Source: an uncultured Chthoniobacterales bacterium (lineage in GTDB: Bacteria > Verrucomicrobiota > Verrucomicrobiia > Chthoniobacterales > CALDSX01). Taken from it: a DNA stretch of 64,000 nt. This document shows, one piece after another, positions 19,873-29,464 of the stretch. The stretch is taken from assembly GCA_937924445.1 (NCBI GenBank), contig CALDSX010000010.1, positions 11,880 through 75,879 of the forward strand, read 5' to 3'. Under the pieces are notes generated by a model that was not told the origin of the DNA, ran no database searches, and was given only the letters and a program-made list of their open reading frames with translations. How positions within the stretch are numbered: position 1 is the stretch's first letter; each line of letters begins with the position of its first letter. A program made the translations under genes and the position numbers.

Positions 19873-20850
19873 ATGAATGTCGCTTTTATAACAGGTATAA
19901 CAGGGCAGGACGGATCGTATCTTGCCGAGTTGCTCTTGGACAAGGATTATGAAGTCCACGGCCTGATTCATCGGCCGGATCGGCTGGCCAAAAGCCACAT
20001 CGCGCCGCTGCTCGGAAATGCCGAGATTTTTGAAAAACGACTCTTTCTCCACAACGGATCATTCATGGATTCCACCCATCTGCGGCGGATCATCGTGAGG
20101 GCAAAACCGACGGAATTTTACCACCTCGCTGGTCAGTCGAGCCCGCGTGTTAGTCTGGAAATGCCAGAGTCCACTTTAGAAAGTATCGGCATGGGCACGG
20201 CGCGAATTCTAGAGATATTACGGGATTTGCAAGCTCCCCCCAAATTTTTGTATGCTTCGAGCAGCGAGGTTTTTGGGACGCCGGTGCAAATGCCACAAAC
20301 TGAGGAGACTCCCATGAACCCTGCCACACCTTACGGTGCGGCGAAAGCTCTGAGCCAGCATTTGTGCCGGATTTATCGCAACGCCTACGGACTGCAGACC
20401 TGCTCGGCCATCCTTTACAATCACGAATCGCCGCGACGCGGAGAGGGATTTGTAACCACAAAAGTGGCGCGCGCGGCCGCCGCAATTAAACTGGGAAAAC
20501 AAAAACAAGTGGCTTTGGGCAGTCTTGCCGGCCGACGGGACTGGGGCTGGGCACCGGATTACGTAGCCGGGATGCATCTGATGCTCAGCCAAAAGACGGT
20601 CGACGATTTTATCCTTGCGACGGGAAAACTTCATTCGGTTGAGCAACTTGTCGCTTTTGCATTTGAGTCCGTCGGTCTTCATTGGCGCGATCATGTCGTG
20701 TTTGACCAATCGCTGATGACTCCCGTGGAGCCAACGGCCGCCTGTGGGAACCCCGCCAAAGCAGAACGGATACTTGGTTGGCGCTGCACGTTATCCTTAG
20801 AAGAGGTCATGCGCCGTCTTGTGGAAGCTGAACTAGAAAAGTTGCAATGA
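19873..20850 (+). CDS. gmd: GDP-mannose 4,6-dehydratase
   Basis: 325 aa. FITGITGQDGSYLAELLL, SSSEVFG, YGAAK and LYNHESPRRG. Confidence 0.9.
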   Translation: MNVAFITGITGQDGSYLAELLLDKDYEVHGLIHRPDRLAKSHIAPLLGNAEIFEKRLFLHNGSFMDSTHLRRIIVRAKPTEFYHLAGQSSPRVSLEMPESTLESIGMGTARILEILRDLQAPPKFLYASSSEVFGTPVQMPQTEETPMNPATPYGAAKALSQHLCRIYRNAYGLQTCSAILYNHESPRRGEGFVTTKVARAAAAIKLGKQKQVALGSLAGRRDWGWAPDYVAGMHLMLSQKTVDDFILATGKLHSVEQLVAFAFESVGLHWRDHVVFDQSLMTPVEPTAACGNPAKAERILGWRCTLSLEEVMRRLVEAELEKLQ

Positions 20851-20867
20851 GCGCAAAGTAGGGGGCT

Positions 20868-23516
20868 GTGAATGTGAGCAAAAAGGAAACCTCAAGCGGT
20901 GTTATCGGCAGTCAAAAAACCGCCGTCTGCACAGTGGTAGCGGCAAACTACCTCGCGTTTGCTCGTGTGCTTGCCCGTTCTCTTGCCAGAGTTCATCCCG
21001 ATTGGCACTTCCATGTCTTGGTGCTTTCTGCTCGTGGAGAGGATCTCACGGTTTTCCAATCGGGAGAGTTGTATGCCCCCCTGGTGCTTGCTGACATCGG
21101 TTTGGCACCTGGAGACGAGACAATTTTGCCTGCAATCTATGACGTAACCGAACTGGCCACCGCAGTAAAACCTTGGTTGCTCGAAACTCTCTTGAGCCGC
21201 GGTTTCGATACGGTGCTCTACCTGGATCCCGATATTTTAGTCCTTGGCAGTCTCGAACTCCTGGCCTCGACGGCCTTTTCAGAGGGCATCTCCCTGACTC
21301 CGCATTGCACAGAGCCCATGCCGCGTGATGGCCTCCGTCCCACAGAGTCAGATATCTATCTTGCAGGAATTTACAACCTCGGTTTCCTCGGTGTTTCCTC
21401 TGCAGCACAGTCAATGTTAACCTGGTGGGAAGAGCGGCTCCGCAGAGAGTGTATCAGTGCACCAACGGAAGCCCGCTTCGTTGATCAGCGCTGGATGGAT
21501 GCCGTCCCCGCAATGTTCCGGTGCGGCATCCGGCGGGAGAAACGGTTCAATGTCGCTTACTGGAATCTTTATGAACGGCCGCTTCAGAAGATCGAAAACA
21601 CTTTTTATGCGGCCGGGGAGCCTTTGGCATTTTTTCATTTTAGCGGCTTCAACCCTCTGTGCCCCTGGATATTGGCAAAATATCTCGGTCAAAATCCGCG
21701 TCACTTGCTGTCAGAGGATTCCGTCCTGAAGGATCTCGCAACAGAGTATGCGCAAATGCTACTGGCCGAAGGCTTCGAGAGCGCCGCAGCGACTCCTTAT
21801 CCGTTCAATAAAACGGTTTCCGGTTTTCAGCTTACCAAAGGAATAAGGCGGCGTTATCTCGCCGAGGTTGTTGCCGCAGAGCAATCCGGTCGCGAAGTGC
21901 CCCCGTCGCCCTTCCTATCCAGCGGGGATGCCGCATTTCTGGGTTGGCTACGTCAACGCGGCTCCGACGGAGAATACAACGCCAAAGCCGCTGCTCGCAG
22001 CGATTTTCTTCTCCGCGGCGATGTGCAAAGCCTGTTGGAAGACCAAAGCGAGCGACTACTCGCCGAACGATTGATGAAAAAAACCATCACACTGACATCC
22101 CTAGAACAACAAGCAGCCGCTGTTGATAGGCCTGAAAACGTTCCGTTCCGTGAAGGATTTACCATCGCCGGATTTCTCACTGGCGAACTAGGTCTTGGAA
22201 CCGCCGCAAGAGCCATGGTGACTGCGGTCCAACACGCCGGGCTTCCGTTTGCCACCCGCACGCTCAGCAACTACGAAAGTCGCGAAGAACATCCCTTCCA
22301 CGAAGTGAAGAGCGACGAAAAAATGGACGCCAATATTTTGTGCGTAAATGCGGACAGTCTGGCGTGGTTTTACAAAAAAATCGGCCCCAGTTTCTTTGAA
22401 GGATGTCATAACGTCGGGTTTTGGTTCTGGGAAGTGGAGAAATTTCCCGCCGCCATGCGACCGGCGTTCGATCTTGTGGATGAAGTGTGGGCCGCGAGCG
22501 ATTTTGTTGTCGGGGCGCTGCGCAAAGCAGGCCAGAAACCTGTTTTGAAATTTCCAATGCCCGTTGTCGAACCGACGGTCGAAGCCCACTTTGGTCGGGA
22601 GACTTTTTGTTTACCCCCAGACAAATTCATTTTTTTATTTACGTTCGATTACCTGAGTGTGTTCGAAAGAAAGAACCCCACGGCAGTGGTTCAGGCCTTC
22701 CGAAGAGCATTCAGAGACGAGGAGGGTCCTCTTCTTGTTATCAAATCCATCAATGGCGATAAATTCCGCGTGGATCGCGAGAGGCTCCGCTATGAGGCGG
22801 CAGGTCGGCACGATGTGATTCTCATGGACGATTATCTGACTGCCGGTCAGACAGCCGCTCTCATCGCAGCATGTGACTGCTACGTCTCTCTGCATCGGGC
22901 CGAAGGATTTGGCTTGGGAATGGCCGAGGCGATGCTTCTCGGGAAACCCGTTGTCGCAACCGGTTATTCGGGAAATCTGGAGTTCATGACACCCGAACAC
23001 TCGCGTCTCGTGCCATACTCACTCATACCTGTAGGGCCTGGTTTTACCCCTTATCCCTCAGGGGCGAACTGGGCCGAACCGGACATTGCGGCTGCGGCTT
23101 CGATCCTACGCGAGTTAGCCTCTTCACGGGAGACAGCCGTCGCACTCGGCCGAAAAGGCCAGCTTTTCGCCCGTGAAAAACTCAGTATCAACCACAGCGT
23201 TGAATTTTTAAAAGCCCGGCGCGAGGAAATCAACCAGCTACGAGAAAAAAAGGCAAAGCTGAACCTAAAGAAAAGCTCCCAGAGACAAGGGCTCTTAGAG
23301 GATTGGCGTCTACCGCCTGAAGCGGCAGGTTCGCGCTCGCCTCTCGGTCGGTTTATTGAACGTCTCAGCAAACGCGAAGCGCAACGTCGCCGTTCTGCTG
23401 ACCGGGCGCTGGCAGAAGCCGTCAGAGCTTTGCGAGATGATCTCCGGCTGATTCGTAAAGAGGTCACTGAACGGCTGGATACATTTGAGGACCACCAGCC
23501 TTATCATGATAAATAA
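20868..23516 (+). CDS. Two-domain glycosyltransferase: N-terminal GT-A (DxD) domain fused to a C-terminal GT-B (GT4-like) domain, with a basic coiled-coil tail
   Basis: 882 aa. The N-terminal half has VVAANYLAFA... and LYLDPDILV (DxD). The C-terminal half has SLHRAEGFGLGMAEAMLLGKPVVATGYSGNLEF (EX7E-type). GTG start. Confidence 0.7.
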   Translation: MNVSKKETSSGVIGSQKTAVCTVVAANYLAFARVLARSLARVHPDWHFHVLVLSARGEDLTVFQSGELYAPLVLADIGLAPGDETILPAIYDVTELATAVKPWLLETLLSRGFDTVLYLDPDILVLGSLELLASTAFSEGISLTPHCTEPMPRDGLRPTESDIYLAGIYNLGFLGVSSAAQSMLTWWEERLRRECISAPTEARFVDQRWMDAVPAMFRCGIRREKRFNVAYWNLYERPLQKIENTFYAAGEPLAFFHFSGFNPLCPWILAKYLGQNPRHLLSEDSVLKDLATEYAQMLLAEGFESAAATPYPFNKTVSGFQLTKGIRRRYLAEVVAAEQSGREVPPSPFLSSGDAAFLGWLRQRGSDGEYNAKAAARSDFLLRGDVQSLLEDQSERLLAERLMKKTITLTSLEQQAAAVDRPENVPFREGFTIAGFLTGELGLGTAARAMVTAVQHAGLPFATRTLSNYESREEHPFHEVKSDEKMDANILCVNADSLAWFYKKIGPSFFEGCHNVGFWFWEVEKFPAAMRPAFDLVDEVWAASDFVVGALRKAGQKPVLKFPMPVVEPTVEAHFGRETFCLPPDKFIFLFTFDYLSVFERKNPTAVVQAFRRAFRDEEGPLLVIKSINGDKFRVDRERLRYEAAGRHDVILMDDYLTAGQTAALIAACDCYVSLHRAEGFGLGMAEAMLLGKPVVATGYSGNLEFMTPEHSRLVPYSLIPVGPGFTPYPSGANWAEPDIAAAASILRELASSRETAVALGRKGQLFAREKLSINHSVEFLKARREEINQLREKKAKLNLKKSSQRQGLLEDWRLPPEAAGSRSPLGRFIERLSKREAQRRRSADRALAEAVRALRDDLRLIRKEVTERLDTFEDHQPYHDK

Positions 23517-25386
23517 TCCAAACGCAAGACCGAGTCGACCCGAAACATTTGCTTTTGGGTCGGCTAAAATAGTCTGCCCGTTTGCGGCAATAATTACTCT
23601 GCTCACTGGATGGGCCCTAGGTCTTATCAATCCCGCCGGAACGCTTCGTTTTGTGATTCAATCCAACCAGCGCCTCACCGTCGAACTGGCTGCAAGAGAG
23701 GAATCCGGAGCGATTGTCCGCCGCCAGATAACCCTTCATCCCGATACCGGAAATTTGGTCTGGGCCGGACCGCGTTTCAAAAAGAGCGGGACAGTGCACT
23801 TGACTTTGCGCGGAGAAAAAGGTTCTGAAGCAGTGATCACTCAATTGCGCATTCGGCGGCCTGGTTTCATTACCGCGAAGAGTCCTTTAGATGCTCCTCA
23901 ACGCGTGGATCTTCGGGAGGGGAAGCAACGTCTCTCTTTTGATTACCAGCTTGAACGCGAGCAAGGCAAGTGGGCGCCTCTGAGAGAAAGCTTCATTCCC
24001 TCAGCTCTGAGTTCGATGGCATTCGCTCTGGCTGGATGGGGAGTCGGGTTGTTGTGCTTAAAACGCAGGCACCTTTACGCTGCCATCAAAGACGGACTAA
24101 CGGCATCTCCTGCGTTTGCTTGTGGGGCTCTTATTGCTGCAACGCTCACAGCAGCCATGGCGCTTTCAAGTCGGCCTAATGCACACCCCGACGAACGATG
24201 GCATTTCAATGCGGCAGCTTATTTTCAGGATGCATGGCGATTGCCCGCCAGAAATTCTCCCGAATGCATACCGTCAATTTCGCTTTACGGCTACAGCTAT
24301 CTCTGGACGTCTGAGCCGGTCTATCCGGTGCTGGGGAACTTTATGCGCCTAGCCTCGTTTGCTTTTGCGGACAGTCATCCCCTAGTCCTGACAAGAATGT
24401 TTCAGGTGGCTTTGTTTGTCGTTTGCCTTGTGGCTTGTTTGATTGCCAAACGTTGGTTTCTTGGAATGTCCATTCTCTGCTCTTCGCAAATGTGGTATTT
24501 GTTTTCTTACGTCAATGGCGACGCTTTCGCCATCGCGGCCGAGATAATGCTTTTACTGTGTGCGCTGAACCTTTGGGCTGAGAAACCTCGCGCGGCTTTG
24601 CCCTGGCTAGGTGTGGCGAGTGCAATGGCATTGATATTTTTTTCAAAAAAAACGGCGTGGTTTTCGATGCCGATAGCGGTTTTTGCTATTGTCAGTGCTC
24701 TCGGTCAAAGTCTGCGTGAGGCAAGCCACCAATCAAGACGGGTGTCATGGCGCAGTCCAATGATCGGTCTGGCTTTATTTCTTGCTCTGGCCGGTTTGTT
24801 GTCTGTGTATGCCGGCCAACGAATGACGGGTAGCCAGCCGGATGTTGTGCAGAGCGTTTTCGAAACGCCAAAGAAGCCGACGCCAGAACAGGCAGCCAAG
24901 TTGGAGAGAACAGTCAGACTCAGAGAGAAAGACGTCGGACTAAGTGAGATGCTCTTGAAAAGAAAATGGCTGGAGTGGAGTGCCGCGTCGGCGTTCGGGG
25001 TTTACGGTTGGATGACGGTATGGCAGCGACCCTGGTTTTATGTCACCACATGGCTTCTGTTTCTTGGGATGATCCTTTGTGGGTTAATTGGTGCATGGAG
25101 AACGGGGCGGGGGACTTTTGTCGGTGCGCTGGTGTGTCTAGGTTCTTTTGCTGCTTTGATCGCCGCAGCTGCGTGGTGGTCTTGGATTGTTGATTTCCAG
25201 CCTCAGGGACGCTATTGGCTTGCCGGTTTTCCTTTGATCGGAGTCGTTTTAGAAATAGCCCGGGCGCGTCTTCCCTGCCGAATGGTTCGAGGGCTCTGGC
25301 TGAGCCTATTAATCCTCGCTCTCTATAGCTTCTGTTTTGGGGGGCTGGCCCTCGTGGACGAAATCGCCCAGAAAGAACTCCTCTGA
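23506..25386 (+). CDS. Polytopic membrane protein, GT-C-fold-like glycosyltransferase candidate (DUF2142/ArnT-like)
   Basis: One N-terminal TM, an approximately 130-aa soluble segment, then more than 10 hydrophobic spans. The first loop has HPDERWHFNAAAYF, an Asp/Glu motif position as in GT-C enzymes. ATG 23506 overlaps the upstream stop by 11 nt. Confidence 0.5.
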   Translation: MINNPNARPSRPETFAFGSAKIVCPFAAIITLLTGWALGLINPAGTLRFVIQSNQRLTVELAAREESGAIVRRQITLHPDTGNLVWAGPRFKKSGTVHLTLRGEKGSEAVITQLRIRRPGFITAKSPLDAPQRVDLREGKQRLSFDYQLEREQGKWAPLRESFIPSALSSMAFALAGWGVGLLCLKRRHLYAAIKDGLTASPAFACGALIAATLTAAMALSSRPNAHPDERWHFNAAAYFQDAWRLPARNSPECIPSISLYGYSYLWTSEPVYPVLGNFMRLASFAFADSHPLVLTRMFQVALFVVCLVACLIAKRWFLGMSILCSSQMWYLFSYVNGDAFAIAAEIMLLLCALNLWAEKPRAALPWLGVASAMALIFFSKKTAWFSMPIAVFAIVSALGQSLREASHQSRRVSWRSPMIGLALFLALAGLLSVYAGQRMTGSQPDVVQSVFETPKKPTPEQAAKLERTVRLREKDVGLSEMLLKRKWLEWSAASAFGVYGWMTVWQRPWFYVTTWLLFLGMILCGLIGAWRTGRGTFVGALVCLGSFAALIAAAAWWSWIVDFQPQGRYWLAGFPLIGVVLEIARARLPCRMVRGLWLSLLILALYSFCFGGLALVDEIAQKELL

Positions 25387-25529
25387 TTTCTCGAAAAATT
25401 CTGAACCGCCGCTTGAACAAAAGCGGAGTGCGACATAACCTCTACCTCGAATCGAGCGGCAATGCGGCGTGGGCAGAAGCAATTTCCTCATATTGATCTG
25501 CCCCTGTCTGCTCACCGGGACTCCTGTTT

Positions 25530-27338
25530 ATGACCACAAGCTCAGACACACTCAACTTCAATCCAGCTCAAAAAGCCTCGCCAAATCGCTCCGACGCCCT
25601 ATCAGGGCCTGCGGTCGGCAGCATGAACGGGGCAGAATGTCTCGTTGCCTGCCTTGAGCGCGAGGGGGTAGAGGTCATTTTTGCCTACCCAGGCGGAGCC
25701 TCAATGCCAATCCATCAGGCACTCACAAAGTCGAAGAAGATCCGAACGATCCTGCCCCGTCACGAGCAAGGAGGTGTGTTTGCAGCAGAGGCCTATGGAC
25801 GCGCAACCGGACGTCCGGGGGTCTGCATGGCCACGTCGGGCCCAGGTGCAACTAATCTTGTCACCGGTATTGCGGACGCTTTCATGGACTCCATACCAAT
25901 GGTGGCCATTACAGGCCAGGTGCCTCAGCATATGATCGGCACTGGAGCATTTCAGGAAACCGACGTGTTCGGAATGACGCTCCCCATCGTCAAACACAGT
26001 TACCTAGTGTGGAGCATCGAAGATATTCCCCGAATTGTCCACGAAGCCTTTCATATTGCGTCCACCGGACGCCCTGGGCCTGTTCTGATTGATATTCCCA
26101 AAAACATTCAAAATCAACTGACGACACCAAGGTTTGTCGATAGCTTAAATTTGCCTGGGTATGCCCCAATCCCTCTCGCCCAGGATGAGATCCTCGCCGA
26201 GGTGTTTCGTCTAATTAAAGCGCACGACAAGCCAATGCTTTACTGCGGTGGCGGGGTGATTTCTGGCAATGCCTCTGCCGAACTTTTGGAATTTGCAGAG
26301 CGCGCTCAGATCCCAGTTGCGACCACGCTCATGGGTATAGGCTGTTTCCCTGAAACACATCCGCTCTCTTTAAAATGGCTCGGGATGCATGGAACGGTTT
26401 ATGCAAACAACGCCGTCAATGAAGCAGATCTTCTTTTGGCTGTTGGCGTACGTTTTGACGATCGCGTCACCGGCAAGGTGGAGAAGTTTGCCGAACATGG
26501 CACGATCATTCACATAGACATCGATAACTCTGAGATAAACAAAAATAAAGTCGTTAAACTGCCGATTCTGTCCGACCTGAAACACGCTCTCAGCAGACTC
26601 AACAAGATGCTGGCCGAATCCGGCTTCGAACGGCGTCGCAACAATTTCAACCGCCACCACGATTGGTTCAGACAAATTGACGAATGGAGAAAAGCTTACC
26701 CGCTAAAATTTGCCGATACAGAAGACGCCATTCAACCGCAATACGCGATCCGATTGCTTTATGAATTGACAGGTGGCGATGCGATTATCACTACCGGTGT
26801 CGGCCAGCACCAAATGTGGGCTGGTCAATTTTTTGATTTTGATACGCCACGTTCGTTTCTCACCTCCGCAGGTCTCGGTGCGATGGGTTTTGGTTATCCG
26901 GCCGCCATCGGAGCCAAAATCGCCCGACCCGACAAACAGGTCATAGATATTGATGGCGACGGATCTTTCTTGATGAATATCCAGGAGCTAGCAACGGCCC
27001 ACATTGAAAAAATAGCCGCGAAAGCGTTGATTCTCAACAATCAACACCTTGGGATGGTTGTCCAGTGGGAGGATCGTTTTTACCAAAGCAATCGCGGGCA
27101 CACCTTCCTGGGCGATCCGCGTAACCCACGCCGCATCTACCCCGACTATGTTGAAATGTGCAAAGGTTTCGGTGTCACATGCGAACGTGTAATCTTTAAA
27201 AAAGATCTCCGCGCAGCATTGCAACGGATGCTTGATTCCGAGGAACCGTATGTCCTCGATGTCATGGTTCCTTACACGGAACACGTTCTACCCATGATTC
27301 CCTCTGGAATGACTTACAAAGACATTATTACGGAATAA
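25530..27338 (+). CDS. ilvB: Acetolactate synthase (AHAS) large catalytic subunit, biosynthetic type
   Basis: 602 aa. [42 protein letters not shown] and [16 protein letters not shown]. Confidence 0.9.
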   Translation: MTTSSDTLNFNPAQKASPNRSDALSGPAVGSMNGAECLVACLEREGVEVIFAYPGGASMPIHQALTKSKKIRTILPRHEQGGVFAAEAYGRATGRPGVCMATSGPGATNLVTGIADAFMDSIPMVAITGQVPQHMIGTGAFQETDVFGMTLPIVKHSYLVWSIEDIPRIVHEAFHIASTGRPGPVLIDIPKNIQNQLTTPRFVDSLNLPGYAPIPLAQDEILAEVFRLIKAHDKPMLYCGGGVISGNASAELLEFAERAQIPVATTLMGIGCFPETHPLSLKWLGMHGTVYANNAVNEADLLLAVGVRFDDRVTGKVEKFAEHGTIIHIDIDNSEINKNKVVKLPILSDLKHALSRLNKMLAESGFERRRNNFNRHHDWFRQIDEWRKAYPLKFADTEDAIQPQYAIRLLYELTGGDAIITTGVGQHQMWAGQFFDFDTPRSFLTSAGLGAMGFGYPAAIGAKIARPDKQVIDIDGDGSFLMNIQELATAHIEKIAAKALILNNQHLGMVVQWEDRFYQSNRGHTFLGDPRNPRRIYPDYVEMCKGFGVTCERVIFKKDLRAALQRMLDSEEPYVLDVMVPYTEHVLPMIPSGMTYKDIITE

Positions 27339-27341
27339 AAA

Positions 27342-29114
27342 ATGCCGTCAACTCGTTCAAAAATTAAAGAATGGTGGACGGGGCTTAACGCGGAAAACCG
27401 ACGCCTCATCATTCGGAGTACGTTTTTTTTTGTCATTTGTATCTGTCTCGCGTTTACGGTTTCATATTTAGCAGGTAGTCCTAAAGGCTCTCAAGCCGGC
27501 AAACGGTTCGAAAGGAGGCTTGCCGCCGAGCAGCTAGAGTTGAAACGTTCGACTCTGAGCGCTCCTCAGGGACTTCTGCTTTACCTCAAACTCGGGGGGC
27601 GTTTACTTAAAGTCGAAGATCACACTTCGCTCGGGCTATGGTGGGGTGGACGTCTTGCTGCGATTGGATTTATTGCCCTCCTTGTTACTCTGCCAATCTG
27701 GGGCAGCATGCAGCCCAAAGCAGAACCCATCGAACCGTCGGCACCTGTTGGCAGAGTCTTTATTGCTGCGCTTTGCCTCATTATGACGCTTGCGGCATTT
27801 CTGCGAGTGCAACGGTTGGAGGGGCCACTCTTGAGAGACGAACAGGATACTCTCAAAAGAAATGTTTGGGGTATTATTGTCGAAAAAACAGATGGCACAC
27901 GCGAGTTTCAGCCCGCAGGCTGGCAGCAGGCTTTCTTTGAAAATGGTGGCGCCAACAACCCAATTTTTTTTAGTCTCACCGCGCGGCTCTCCTTGGCAGT
28001 CTGGCGTGCAGTTTTTGGTGCACCAGAAGATCGTTTTTCTCTCTCAGCGCTGCGCATGCCCTCGTTGATCGCCGGGGTCTTTGCAGTGGGTGCGGTGGCT
28101 TTGCTCGGCTGGCGGCTGGGATTTCCTCTCGCTGGGTTAAGCGCAGCATTGTTGTTAGCCATTCATCCGTGGCATATTCGTTACAGCGTCGAGGCACGGG
28201 GCTATTCTTTGGCCATTTTATGGACAATTGTCGGATGGATATTTCTCTCCAACGCCTTGCGAGATCAACGCTGGCGAAGCTGGATTCTTTTCTCGGCAAC
28301 GCAAATGCTTCTGCTGTATTCATACAGCGGTGCCGTTTATGTGGCTGCGGTTCAGACTTTCGGTGCGTTGTTTTTCCTCGTTTCTCACCGTCGCTTTTCT
28401 GAGCTTCCAAGGTTGCTGGTTCCCGTGGCTGTATCAGGACTTCTTTACACACAGCTTATGTTGCCATGTGTCCCTCAAATTCTCAATTACCTTTCCAAAG
28501 ACACATCCTTTGGCCCCATGGATGCATCCTGGGCTGCAGAAACGCTTGGTGCCTTTACTGCCGGCGTTAATCTTGGGATCTACCAGGGCGAGCCACCGCC
28601 GGAATTTGCCCCTGTCTGGGATCTTCGCACTTTGCCCCTGCAAAACCCTCTTCTAGCGCTCGTCATTTCAATTGTCGTTGTCGGATTTTTGACTGGTTTT
28701 GCCCTCCTTTGGCGCTCGCACGATGTGGGGAAAGTTTTGATCCTTATCATGGTCTCCTCTCCGCTGTTAGCCTTCATGCATAATAAAATCACCGGACATT
28801 ACTTGTATCCGTGGTATTTGATTTATGCCCTGCCTGCACTTGTTCTTTGCGTTGCTTTGGCGTTAACCTGGCCCGGCGAGAGAAGACTCTGGAAAGGCTC
28901 CCAAAAGAAAAGGCTACTGCTCGCGTGCTCTCCCACCTTGGTTTTTGTTTCCCTTTTTTTAGCGGCTGTGCCCAAGGCTTGGTATTGCCCCGTCTCGCCC
29001 AGTGCTGGTCCTCATGAACTCTGGCGCGGTGCGAACCGTATTGTGATCTATCCGGAAGGCTACGTTTTGCAAAGCACCCAAACCGGAAAGGATAACGCGC
29101 CAACCACCGATTGA
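27342..29114 (+). CDS. GT39/GT83-like (ArnT/PMT_2-type) GT-C membrane glycosyltransferase candidate
   Basis: 590 aa, multi-TM. LLRDEQD loop, then LRMPSLIAGVFAVGAVALLGWRLG...LLLAIHPWHIRYSVEARGYSL, typical of the ArnT-like family. Starts 3 nt after the ilvB stop. Confidence 0.6.
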   Translation: MPSTRSKIKEWWTGLNAENRRLIIRSTFFFVICICLAFTVSYLAGSPKGSQAGKRFERRLAAEQLELKRSTLSAPQGLLLYLKLGGRLLKVEDHTSLGLWWGGRLAAIGFIALLVTLPIWGSMQPKAEPIEPSAPVGRVFIAALCLIMTLAAFLRVQRLEGPLLRDEQDTLKRNVWGIIVEKTDGTREFQPAGWQQAFFENGGANNPIFFSLTARLSLAVWRAVFGAPEDRFSLSALRMPSLIAGVFAVGAVALLGWRLGFPLAGLSAALLLAIHPWHIRYSVEARGYSLAILWTIVGWIFLSNALRDQRWRSWILFSATQMLLLYSYSGAVYVAAVQTFGALFFLVSHRRFSELPRLLVPVAVSGLLYTQLMLPCVPQILNYLSKDTSFGPMDASWAAETLGAFTAGVNLGIYQGEPPPEFAPVWDLRTLPLQNPLLALVISIVVVGFLTGFALLWRSHDVGKVLILIMVSSPLLAFMHNKITGHYLYPWYLIYALPALVLCVALALTWPGERRLWKGSQKKRLLLACSPTLVFVSLFLAAVPKAWYCPVSPSAGPHELWRGANRIVIYPEGYVLQSTQTGKDNAPTTD

Positions 29115-29464
29115 TGTGATGGTGAGATGTTTACACGCACAATGGCCCGGCTGGCACCTGGTCTGCCGCTTCTCAAGCTCGATAACTTTCTTGAACGCTA
29201 AATTAGCAGGTTGCCAAATGTGTTTTCCTCACAACCGTTTCTGGTTGAAAAAACATAGTGGATGAAAAACTTGATAAAAATCCGATTGACTTGACGTGCA
29301 CCATTGCTTTTGCTAACAGACATCAAGTCTATATCTTGGCTTTCTACAGATTGTCCATTTGGCACAATGTGAGTCGTCGAGAATTAAACTTGGTTTCAGT
29401 ACCTGAGCCAACAGCAGGTGTGGTTTTGTAAGATCACCTCCGCTCGGTCGCTTTCAATTATAAA

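Noticed and set aside
25387-25529. ilvB leader peptide or attenuator
   Set aside because: There is only a weak 6-bp hairpin (CCGCTT/AAGCGG) with no U-tract. The small GTG ORF from 25469 runs into ilvB and is not a run of Val/Leu/Ile codons.
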